Shown piece after piece: positions 7,956 to 14,768 of a stretch of 14,768 bases of DNA. A program made the position numbers and the translations under genes. Origin of the DNA: an uncultured archaeon (GTDB taxonomy: Archaea; Asgardarchaeota; Thorarchaeia; Thorarchaeales; Thorarchaeaceae); NCBI GenBank assembly GCA_964590575.1, contig CAZPWM010000078.1, forward strand, positions 1 through 14,768, written 5' to 3'. The notes below the pieces were generated by a model. The model saw nothing but the letters and a program-made list of their open reading frames with translations. It did no database searches and was not told the DNA's origin. Position 1 is the stretch's first letter; the number at the start of each line of letters is the position of its first letter.

Positions 7956-8871
7956 TTCTCATTACCTCCTTGTACGCATCCTCAAGTGTGCCCGCATGCT
8001 CGAATGCATAGACCCTAATCCCAAGCAACTTAGCAATCTCCTCTACTTTGGTCTGGACCACTTCCATTTTGCCTTCTTCAACTGTCACTGAAATTGTATT
8101 TGCTCCTGAAACGATTGCTTCAACAATTCCCGATACCTCTTTCAAAGCCCCAAAGAGAGCTTTAGAATCCGACGTGACAATTCTGAACCTGTATTTCGTA
8201 TGTTCATCGATAATATCAAGAACCGCCCCATTCTCCACAAGTTGTCCTGCTCTGATGAACGCTACTTTGTGACATGCTCGCTCCAACTCCGAGAGAATAT
8301 GAGATGAGATGAAAAACGAAACTCCCAGTTCTTGATGCAGTTTAATAATCAAACGAATAACCTCATCTCGTCCTAACACATCGAGGTTGGATGTTGGCTC
8401 ATCGAGGAACACCAGCTCAGGATTTCCTATCAGGGCTTGGGCAATTCCCAATCGTTGATGCATTCCAGCAGATAGATTACCAATCTTGCGACTACTTGCG
8501 TCTGAGAGACCCACAAATGATAGTAATTCAGTAGGTTCTCTACTTGAGCCATACAGTTTGCCAACTCTTGTGAGATATCTCTCAGCTGTCATATTTGTTG
8601 GAAACTTAGGACGCTCATGCAGAACGCCAACTCTCCTTCTGATTTTCAAAGATTCTTTGCAAGAATCATGGCCTAGAACTGATGCTGTACCTTGGTCAGG
8701 ACTGATCAGTCCAAGTAACGTACGAATCAGAGTGGTTTTTCCAGCACCATTTGGTCCAATGAGTCCGAATATACCAGGAAAAACCTCAAGGTCAAACCCG
8801 TCTAGGGCTTTGACTTGGCCAAATCTCTTGTGTAGGTCTGTCACCTGAATTATGGTCGAGCTATCTGACAT
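7936..8871 (-). CDS. ABC transporter ATP-binding protein (DrrA/BcrA-like, with C-terminal extension)
   Basis: Walker A GPNGAGKTT, signature LSAGMHQR, Walker B LVFLDEP, H-loop SSH. Start moved to ATG 8871 (MSDSSTII), since the longer start runs through the promoter. Confidence 0.95.
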   Translation of the reverse strand: MSDSSTIIQVTDLHKRFGQVKALDGFDLEVFPGIFGLIGPNGAGKTTLIRTLLGLISPDQGTASVLGHDSCKESLKIRRRVGVLHERPKFPTNMTAERYLTRVGKLYGSSREPTELLSFVGLSDASSRKIGNLSAGMHQRLGIAQALIGNPELVFLDEPTSNLDVLGRDEVIRLIIKLHQELGVSFFISSHILSELERACHKVAFIRAGQLVENGAVLDIIDEHTKYRFRIVTSDSKALFGALKEVSGIVEAIVSGANTISVTVEEGKMEVVQTKVEEIAKLLGIRVYAFEHAGTLEDAYKEVMRIEEQGQ

Positions 8872-8888
8872 TGTGATTCCCCGCACAC

Positions 8889-8942
8889 TATATATCGCTT
8901 TACATAGTATGTTATACGTAGTAGTATGCAAAACGATATATA
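8889..8942. promoter_or_regulatory. Symmetric divergent promoter/operator (18-18-18 inverted repeat)
   Basis: TATATATCGCTTTACATA (8889-8906) and TATGCAAAACGATATATA (8925-8942) are reverse complements at 16/18 positions. Each arm contains an outward-facing AAA.CGATATATA. Confidence 0.72.
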
Positions 8943-9000
8943 CATATTGGTCATTGATGTAGAAGTCCTGAGAGGTGTTATTGACTCCGGAGGTCACACT

Positions 9001-9378
9001 ATGTCAGAGGAAGTAAGGGCTGGAAGCCCAGAATTGGAGTACGAGAAATGGTCCGTCCAGATTAGACGGGGGGCTCTTTCCATGGCCATTCTTACAATCA
9101 TCCTAGATGGCGAGTCCTATGGCTATGATATAATGAAGAAACTGGGTCAGGAGGAATATTTGGCACTTCAGGTTGAACCTAGCACTACTTATCCTCTTCT
9201 TCGTAGACTTGAAGATAGGGGAATCCTTGAGGGAAAATGGTCAGACACCTCAGGCAAGAGACGACGGCTCTACTATATCACAAAAGGAGGGAGACTAATC
9301 CTACGCCAGATGGTTACTGCATGGCGAACCCTGAATGACCAACTCATGCAATTAGTGAAGGAGGCTGGTCTTGAGTGA
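9001..9378 (+). CDS. PadR-family transcriptional regulator
   Basis: Motifs QIRRGAL, YGYDI, STTYPLLRRLEDRG, W...GKRRRLYYITKGG and a C-terminal W helix. GGAGGT SD before ATG 9001. Confidence 0.95.
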   Translation: MSEEVRAGSPELEYEKWSVQIRRGALSMAILTIILDGESYGYDIMKKLGQEEYLALQVEPSTTYPLLRRLEDRGILEGKWSDTSGKRRRLYYITKGGRLILRQMVTAWRTLNDQLMQLVKEAGLE

Positions 9379-11126
9379 GCGAGGACCCGCTAACGATAAT
9401 CGAGGCGTATCTGGTTCATGTGAAAGTGCAATTACCGGAGGCCAAGGCTGACGTAATCATTACAGAGCTCCGTGGGTACATGATTGAGATGACTGAAGCG
9501 CTATCAGATGGAACTATGAACGCTACATCAGCGAAGAAAGTAGTTGCTAGGTTTGGAGCACCATCAGAGCTAGCTAAGGAATATAGCTCGGACTTGTCAG
9601 AAAGTGTCATGGAGGGGTTTGACCGGGAATTCGAGGAAGACTTACCAGACCAACAGGAAGATGTGTCGCCAGCTCGCTATACGACAACATTTCTCAAATT
9701 CGTCACAATCACCATGCTTTGGTTAGTCATTTGTTGGGCATCAGTCACTCCCTTTGCGTATTGGTGGATGGGTTCACTAGCTATTCTTGCACCAGTCCTC
9801 CAGTTTGGAATAGTGACGATTGCGTTCTCTGCACGTCTGCTAAGATTCAAGATTAAAAAAGTACAATTGAGAGATGTGATATTTGGAAACTGGTCGGGTT
9901 TTCAAAAGTGGGTCACGCTACCTGAGAATTTAGCAGTTGAAACCAATAGAGCAAAAGTCTTGGGTGACATTGGACTTACGATATTAACAGCACTTGGGTT
10001 TGTAGCATTCAATAATTACAGCGACGGTGCTTTTCTGATATTCTTTTCATTTCCAACGTGGTTATTCTTGTTGGCTCATCTTCATTATGCAATCCGCAGA
10101 ATTCGGAATTCTGATCCTGCTTCATTCATCAGACGAGAATATGTGGTGAACATCGGACTAGTACTGCTCCTTAACGTCACGATTGCGTGGGGCTTTTATC
10201 CATGGAGGATGGGACTTGCGGTGAATGTATTCCTTGTTTGGATTTCACTTGGTTACAGTATGCTCAATCTGTATCAGATAGTGGCGCGGATGCAAGACCT
10301 TTGGTTGGTGGCTGCAAAGATTCCAGACGGTTATTCTGAAAAATCATCAAAACTCTCACCAGAGGCAAAGCGCAAGATGCTAGATCAAACAAAGAGAACT
10401 GCTCTAAGAACTATCGGTGGAATAGGTGCAACGTTCTCTGCAATTGTTATCACTATACCTCTTATTCTGTTCATTACACAAACTAGCATCTCTTGGAGCC
10501 GATGGAATACGCATGGCATCTTCATAGTTTTATTCGCTTCATTCGCCGCATTAGTATCGATTGGATTAGCGTCTGGATATTTCGGAACGCGATACTATTT
10601 AATCCGGTCAAGAGGACACACATCAGTCTTTGGTAAACGAACCAGAGGAGAGGCTGTTTTTGACCTAATCATCGTAGGAGCAGCATTGTTCATTGTACTT
10701 TCTAGTTGGTCTTACTGGGCTGGACACCTCGTGAGCGAAACAATTTATCAGACTTCTGGAGCAAATCCCATGATTCGATTATTACTCGATACTGCAATTG
10801 TAGCATGGGGGCAGTTCTTGGTCATCGCAATAATAGCCCGTATAGCTGCGGACATTGGTAACCTCAGAGAGCATAATAGTAACTTCACGCAAGAGGCTAT
10901 GGCATTCTCTGGGGATTTATTCTTAATCGACGCGTTACTCATGACAGGAATTTACATCATGCTACTTACATACCTAGAATTATATCAACCAATTTTGAAT
11001 GAGATGTTTGCGATTCTGATGCTTTCTTATACAACTTTAATCTTCTTTGCATTTCAAAAGTCCACAGCAAGTATAAAGCTGAAATGGAAGAAAGAGTCTC
11101 ACCGTACTTATCAGGACAGGCAATAA
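9375..11126 (+). CDS. Multi-TM protein with N-terminal HAAS/DUF1700-like domain
   Basis: GTGA overlap with the PadR gene. N-terminus IEAYL...LP...IITELR...FGAPSELAKEY matches the HAAS pattern, followed by an acidic linker and ~10-11 TM. Confidence 0.85.
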   Translation: MSEDPLTIIEAYLVHVKVQLPEAKADVIITELRGYMIEMTEALSDGTMNATSAKKVVARFGAPSELAKEYSSDLSESVMEGFDREFEEDLPDQQEDVSPARYTTTFLKFVTITMLWLVICWASVTPFAYWWMGSLAILAPVLQFGIVTIAFSARLLRFKIKKVQLRDVIFGNWSGFQKWVTLPENLAVETNRAKVLGDIGLTILTALGFVAFNNYSDGAFLIFFSFPTWLFLLAHLHYAIRRIRNSDPASFIRREYVVNIGLVLLLNVTIAWGFYPWRMGLAVNVFLVWISLGYSMLNLYQIVARMQDLWLVAAKIPDGYSEKSSKLSPEAKRKMLDQTKRTALRTIGGIGATFSAIVITIPLILFITQTSISWSRWNTHGIFIVLFASFAALVSIGLASGYFGTRYYLIRSRGHTSVFGKRTRGEAVFDLIIVGAALFIVLSSWSYWAGHLVSETIYQTSGANPMIRLLLDTAIVAWGQFLVIAIIARIAADIGNLREHNSNFTQEAMAFSGDLFLIDALLMTGIYIMLLTYLELYQPILNEMFAILMLSYTTLIFFAFQKSTASIKLKWKKESHRTYQDRQ

Positions 11127-11132
11127 AGATTT

Positions 11133-11225
11133 TCAAGGGTAGCAGTTATTCAATATATCTGCACCTCCAGCTTCAAACGCTTTCTCTCAAATCTCAGCAA
11201 GCTTGCCAAACGATTCCTTTGACAT
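11133..11225 (-). pseudogene. Probable 5' remnant of a SnoaL/NTF2-like gene
   Basis: GAGGA SD, then MSKESFGKLAEI*EKAFEAGGADILNNCYP*. Resembles the W..AF..GD...L...Y.ED start of NTF2-like proteins, with TGA at the Trp position. Confidence 0.4.
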
Positions 11226-11370
11226 GGTGAGGTCCTCACATTATATCATGGTCTGTGTCGCTTGTTCTGAATGTTCTGTTGCCTTGGTAATTCATCAAAT
11301 ACAGACTGTAAACGCGCGTTTCTTCACATCTGTGGATATTCCTATAAGTTACGTTACGTGCTTCATACCC

Positions 11371-11628
11371 ATGGCCAGAAAGACCTATCGAGATGCCCAA
11401 GGATATCTCAGGTTCATTAACTCCGGAAAACTTGTCCATCGTTGGAAAGCAGAGAAAAAGCTGGGTAGAAGTCTCAAGCCTGGAGAAGTAGTCCATCATC
11501 AGAACAAGATCAAGGGGGATAATCGGTATGGTAATCTTAGGATATTCGATTCTCGCAAAGCACATCAAGCCCACCATATTAAAGAGGCATGGACACGAAC
11601 AAGACGAAGCAGAACTTTGAAACGCTGA
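11371..11628 (+). CDS. HNH endonuclease (HNH_3-like), 85 aa, free-standing
   Basis: GY...VHRWKAEKKLGRSLKPGEVVHHQNKIKGDNRYGNL...H...H matches the phage-type HNH consensus. CTATAAG about 25 nt upstream and no SD, so probably leaderless from ATG 11371. Confidence 0.88.
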   Translation: MARKTYRDAQGYLRFINSGKLVHRWKAEKKLGRSLKPGEVVHHQNKIKGDNRYGNLRIFDSRKAHQAHHIKEAWTRTRRSRTLKR

Positions 11629-11638
11629 CAAATGCGAA

Positions 11639-11675
11639 ATATCAAAATATTTTAATATCGCGATTATTCGATAAT
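11639..11675 (+). promoter_or_regulatory. Putative ars promoter with ArsR operator(s)
   Basis: ATATCAAAATATTTTAATAT (11639-11658, palindrome with one mismatch) and TATCG-N8-CGATA (11656-11673) upstream of acr3-arsR. Confidence 0.55.
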
Positions 11676-11728
11676 TGATTACATTGTGATAGAGAGTAGA
11701 TATCGCAAGAGAGCCCGGTGATAGGAAA

Positions 11729-12775
11729 GTGGCAGCTGAAGAATTCAACTCTGTTCCAAAGAAAGAACTTAGCACCTTTGAGAAGTATTTGCCAGTCTGG
11801 ATTGGTATCTGTATGATTCTGGGAATCGTTCTATCTTTACTGGTCCCAGAGTTAAGTGAAGCTATTAATTCATGGCAAATAGCAGGAATATCTGTCCCTA
11901 TTGGGATCTGTCTCTTCTTGATGATGTATCCAGCTATGTTAAACATCCAGGTTTCTGAGTTGAAGAAGCTTGGACGAAATCCAAAGCCCATTATCCTCAC
12001 ACTAGTATCGAATTGGATTGTTGCTCCAGTTGTAGGATTTACATTGGCTCAAACTTTTCTTCAAGGAAACGAGCAGCTAATTGTGGCGGTTATTCTATTA
12101 GCATCAAGCCCCTGTACAGCGATGGTATTGGTCTGGGGGTATCTTGCAGAGGGCAATCAAGAACAGAATGTAATTAATACGACTTTGAACACAATAACCA
12201 TCCTTGTCCTTTTCGCACCTCTAGTTGCATTGCTTACGGGAATCTCCAACATATCTATTGACCGGTTATTATTGGTCATTTCAGTTATGGTGTTTATCGG
12301 AATCCCTTTGGTGGTGGGAGGAGTCACAAGAAAATCACTTGTGAATTTGAAAGGAAACGATTGGTTCCAGAACAAGTATCGTCCAGCTGTAGGGAACTTA
12401 GCCCTCATAGCACTTCTAACTACATTGGTAGTGCTCTTTTCGCTAAATGGAATGGTGATGCTCGAACACCCAGACCTACTTGTACTCGTGTCAATCCCAC
12501 TTTTACTTGGATTTGCCATAGTAGTAGGTTACAATCTTCTCATAACACGTTTAGCTGGATTAGCCTATCGAGAGGCTACAATCACTGTCATAATCGGATC
12601 GTCAAGTCACTTCGAAATCGCCATTGCAACTGCGATCTCAATTTACGGAGTCGGGTCCATTGCAGCGCTCGGTACAACAATGGGTTTGTTTTGGGAAGTT
12701 CCAATAATGCTTGGACTAGTATACCTAGCTAAGTATTTACGAAAGAGAGAGTTCTGGACAGGTAAGCCTATGTGA
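11729..12775 (+). CDS. acr3: ACR3-family arsenite efflux transporter
   Basis: FEKYLPVWI, LFLMMYP, LVSNWIVAP, SPCTAMVLVW (conserved Cys), SSHFEIAIA and EVPIML motifs; ~10 TM. Confidence 0.95.
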   Translation: MAAEEFNSVPKKELSTFEKYLPVWIGICMILGIVLSLLVPELSEAINSWQIAGISVPIGICLFLMMYPAMLNIQVSELKKLGRNPKPIILTLVSNWIVAPVVGFTLAQTFLQGNEQLIVAVILLASSPCTAMVLVWGYLAEGNQEQNVINTTLNTITILVLFAPLVALLTGISNISIDRLLLVISVMVFIGIPLVVGGVTRKSLVNLKGNDWFQNKYRPAVGNLALIALLTTLVVLFSLNGMVMLEHPDLLVLVSIPLLLGFAIVVGYNLLITRLAGLAYREATITVIIGSSSHFEIAIATAISIYGVGSIAALGTTMGLFWEVPIMLGLVYLAKYLRKREFWTGKPM

Positions 12776-12788
12776 TGGAGGTCAATTA

Positions 12789-13085
12789 ATGCTAAATGAT
12801 AGATTAGTCACTTGGAGACTCGAGTTCCACAAAGCTTTGGCCAATCCAATCCGGCTTCAGATTGTAGATTTTCTTGCTGATGGTGAGCAATGCCAGTGCG
12901 ATATCTTTCCGAGATTTGGCTTTGCACAATCAACTATCTCGGCATATCTCACCAAATTAGTAAAAGCAGGGATTCTGAACTATCGAAGGGATGGCACTCG
13001 AAAAGTGTACAGTATCGCAAGTCCAGAAGTCATGAGCATTATCGAGAAGATACGGATTATCGCGGACAGTTACACATCCAGATAA
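12789..13085 (+). CDS. arsR: ArsR/SmtB-family metalloregulator
   Basis: KALANPIRLQI, EQCQCDI (ELCVCD-type site), QSTIS..L..L.KAGI and RRDG...Y motifs; GGAGGT SD; adjacent to acr3. Confidence 0.9.
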   Translation: MLNDRLVTWRLEFHKALANPIRLQIVDFLADGEQCQCDIFPRFGFAQSTISAYLTKLVKAGILNYRRDGTRKVYSIASPEVMSIIEKIRIIADSYTSR

Positions 13086-13097
13086 TGATTGAGAGAA

Positions 13098-13994
13098 TCA
13101 GGATTTCCCCTTCATCTCCGACTGCACGTAGGTTACTTTAGCAAAAATATTCTTGTCAACATGACTGTACGCATCTTTGACGTTTAATTCACGGAGATCA
13201 TAACCAAGCTTCTGGCACGCCCAGTCAATCCATGCTTCACGGGCTTCACGTGCAATTATGCTTGCAGCTGCAACAGCAATCTCATCTTCAGCCTTTGGAC
13301 GTTGTACCAACTCAATCCTACTGAGGTCGAGTTTCAATCTAAGAAGCGCTTCAGTTTTGACCCGAGCGAACTGGTCAATGACAATCTTGATGGGCTCTTT
13401 TCTGGCTTTAACAGTTTCATAGACTTCTGCTATTACCTTAGTATGCGCCCATGCTAACATATCGTTGAGGTTCTTTCCCTCTTTTCGGAATTCTTCAATT
13501 TGAGAGTTGAACTTTTCAGGAGAAATGAGTAACGATTCTACTTTGAGAGCATTCCTGCGCACAGTTTTGGAGAGTTCTGCTATTCGTACGGTAGACAAAC
13601 TCTTACTGTCCATAACACCGAGTGCCCTCAACATTGTGGTCTGTTCTGGAGTTAGAGCAACTGCAGCGACTGTCATTGGACCAAGCCACTCTCCTTTACC
13701 AGCCTCATCAGACCCAATGATCAAGGTCGTACCAGAAGATGAGTCCACCTCCAAGATTGCATTCTGAACTGCAGCTGCTGAATGAGGCCCATTGCTGACT
13801 ATCTTCCCACTTGTATATCCGATGATTGCCTCCCCAGCGAACATTATTCGGAAGGCTTCATATTCGCTTTTTGTAGCAAGATCAGACGACTCATTGGAGT
13901 CAAGAAGTCTTCTGTGAAGCTCCTCTATCTGTGCCGAGTCAATCTTGATTACATTTGGCTTCAATATATTCTCCCCAACATATCTCCTCGTCAA
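13098..13994 (-). CDS. rnhC: Ribonuclease HIII
   Basis: IGSDEAGKG..GP, GVMDSK, IDQF, KAE and VAAASIIAR motifs. N-terminal TBP-like domain (FRI...YTSGKIVSNG). Alternative start TTG 13964 after GGGGAG. Confidence 0.88.
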   Translation of the reverse strand: MTRRYVGENILKPNVIKIDSAQIEELHRRLLDSNESSDLATKSEYEAFRIMFAGEAIIGYTSGKIVSNGPHSAAAVQNAILEVDSSSGTTLIIGSDEAGKGEWLGPMTVAAVALTPEQTTMLRALGVMDSKSLSTVRIAELSKTVRRNALKVESLLISPEKFNSQIEEFRKEGKNLNDMLAWAHTKVIAEVYETVKARKEPIKIVIDQFARVKTEALLRLKLDLSRIELVQRPKAEDEIAVAAASIIAREAREAWIDWACQKLGYDLRELNVKDAYSHVDKNIFAKVTYVQSEMKGKS

Positions 13995-14020
13995 TGTGTA
14001 TTATGTCTTAAGGTGCTCTT

Positions 14021-14768
14021 CTAGAATTTGTGAATCACCGTACTGAGTTCCTTTGAAGAATCATCAATCGATAAGACTCCATAGAACCCATTCATGACTG
14101 CGGAAATTACAACGCACCTTGTTCTGTTAACCAGAAATTCGTGATGCATGTGATAGTGCCCAGATAATGAGAGGGAAACCGGATTTTCTTCGAGGAAACT
14201 ATTGATTGCTCTGCTCCCTGTAGATACTCCTATGGAAAAACCAGGGACGATTCCGGGCTCATAAGGTGGAACATGCGAAAGCATAATCTGAATGGACGCT
14301 CCCTCAATCTGGGAAAATGCAGTCGCAAGAATCTCGTGTATCCTTTCCTCTGAGAGCTCGAAGGGACTGGTATATATATCCAAAGCAGAGAAGTCCGAAT
14401 CAGACCATTCTGTGACCACAAACTTACCGTTCTCGTAAGAGATACCAAATGTGCTTAGGGTTTCCATTGCTCGATTGTCAGGCGCTAAGCTTGATGTATC
14501 CTCAGTCTTGAAAAACTCACGGACCTCGGAAATGGTAATCGAAGTCTCTTGGATGCCTCCGACTCCGAAGAAACCGATGTCGTTCAACCTTTTTCCTTTA
14601 CAGTGAAGGTTTATTCCGAGTTCATCAAAAAATCCTCGTACTTCTGGGAGTGGTCCGTTACCAGGTATTGCGACCATCCAGTTACTTGCTTCTTTGATCT
14701 TAGTCAGATAATCAATCGATTGAGGGGAGAACTTCCTGAATGTCATCAAGTCACCCAAGAATAACACG
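14021..14768 (-). CDS. Calcineurin-like metallophosphoesterase, N-terminally partial
   Basis: LGDL, AIPGNG, LSHVPP and SGHYH motifs in order. The first DxH motif would lie beyond the window edge. Confidence 0.88.
   Translation of the reverse strand, partial: VLFLGDLMTFRKFSPQSIDYLTKIKEASNWMVAIPGNGPLPEVRGFFDELGINLHCKGKRLNDIGFFGVGGIQETSITISEVREFFKTEDTSSLAPDNRAMETLSTFGISYENGKFVVTEWSDSDFSALDIYTSPFELSEERIHEILATAFSQIEGASIQIMLSHVPPYEPGIVPGFSIGVSTGSRAINSFLEENPVSLSLSGHYHMHHEFLVNRTRCVVISAVMNGFYGVLSIDDSSKELSTVIHKF

Noticed and set aside
4059-8848. Antisense and nested ORFs over the ABC genes (e.g. 4407..4871, 5465..6049, 8486..8848)
   Set aside because: Shadow frames of well-supported genes.
8872-9000. 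Longer starts for the ATPase (8997) and PadR (8926)
   Set aside because: They overlap each other and the promoter; family similarity begins at 8871 and 9001.
11203-11370. Cys-rich N-terminal extension (CVACSEC) of the HNH ORF as a zinc finger
   Set aside because: No second Cys pair in a plausible arrangement; a TATA-like element just before ATG 11371 favours the shorter gene.
11236-12000. 254-aa minus-strand ORF
   Set aside because: Antisense to acr3 and the HNH gene, crosses the ars promoter, and has no recognisable motifs.
13098-13994. Annotation as RNase HII (rnhB)
   Set aside because: DEAGKG, KAE, ASIIAR and the N-terminal TBP-like domain fit HIII better.

Overview
Archaeal-style accessory region with GGAGGT/GGTGA ribosome-binding sites, TATA-like promoters and an oligo-T terminator. 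The gene style suggests Asgard/Thorarchaeia, which is inference only. In order, the window holds: two tandem paralogous membrane proteins (the first cut by the window edge); a convergent secreted beta-rich protein; a divergent two-TM protein; a ~630 bp gap ending in an operator-like palindrome and leader hairpin; an unannotated single-TM microprotein, ABC ATPase and large permease; a convergent second ABC operon (ATPase, ABC-2 permease, two-TM protein) divergent from a PadR + HAAS/DUF1700 membrane-protein pair; a probable SnoaL/NTF2 pseudogene fragment; a free-standing 85-aa HNH endonuclease; acr3-arsR; RNase HIII; and a partial metallophosphoesterase. Best candidates for new biology: (1) a PadR-HAAS envelope-stress module possibly controlling both ABC exporters through a shared CTTTACRT motif, including a hidden microprotein; (2) paralogs with a conserved head and tail but variable TM core, next to a secreted protein with pore-former-like hairpins. 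No rRNA, tRNA, CRISPR array or transposase was recognised. All family assignments are from motif recognition by eye, not database searches.
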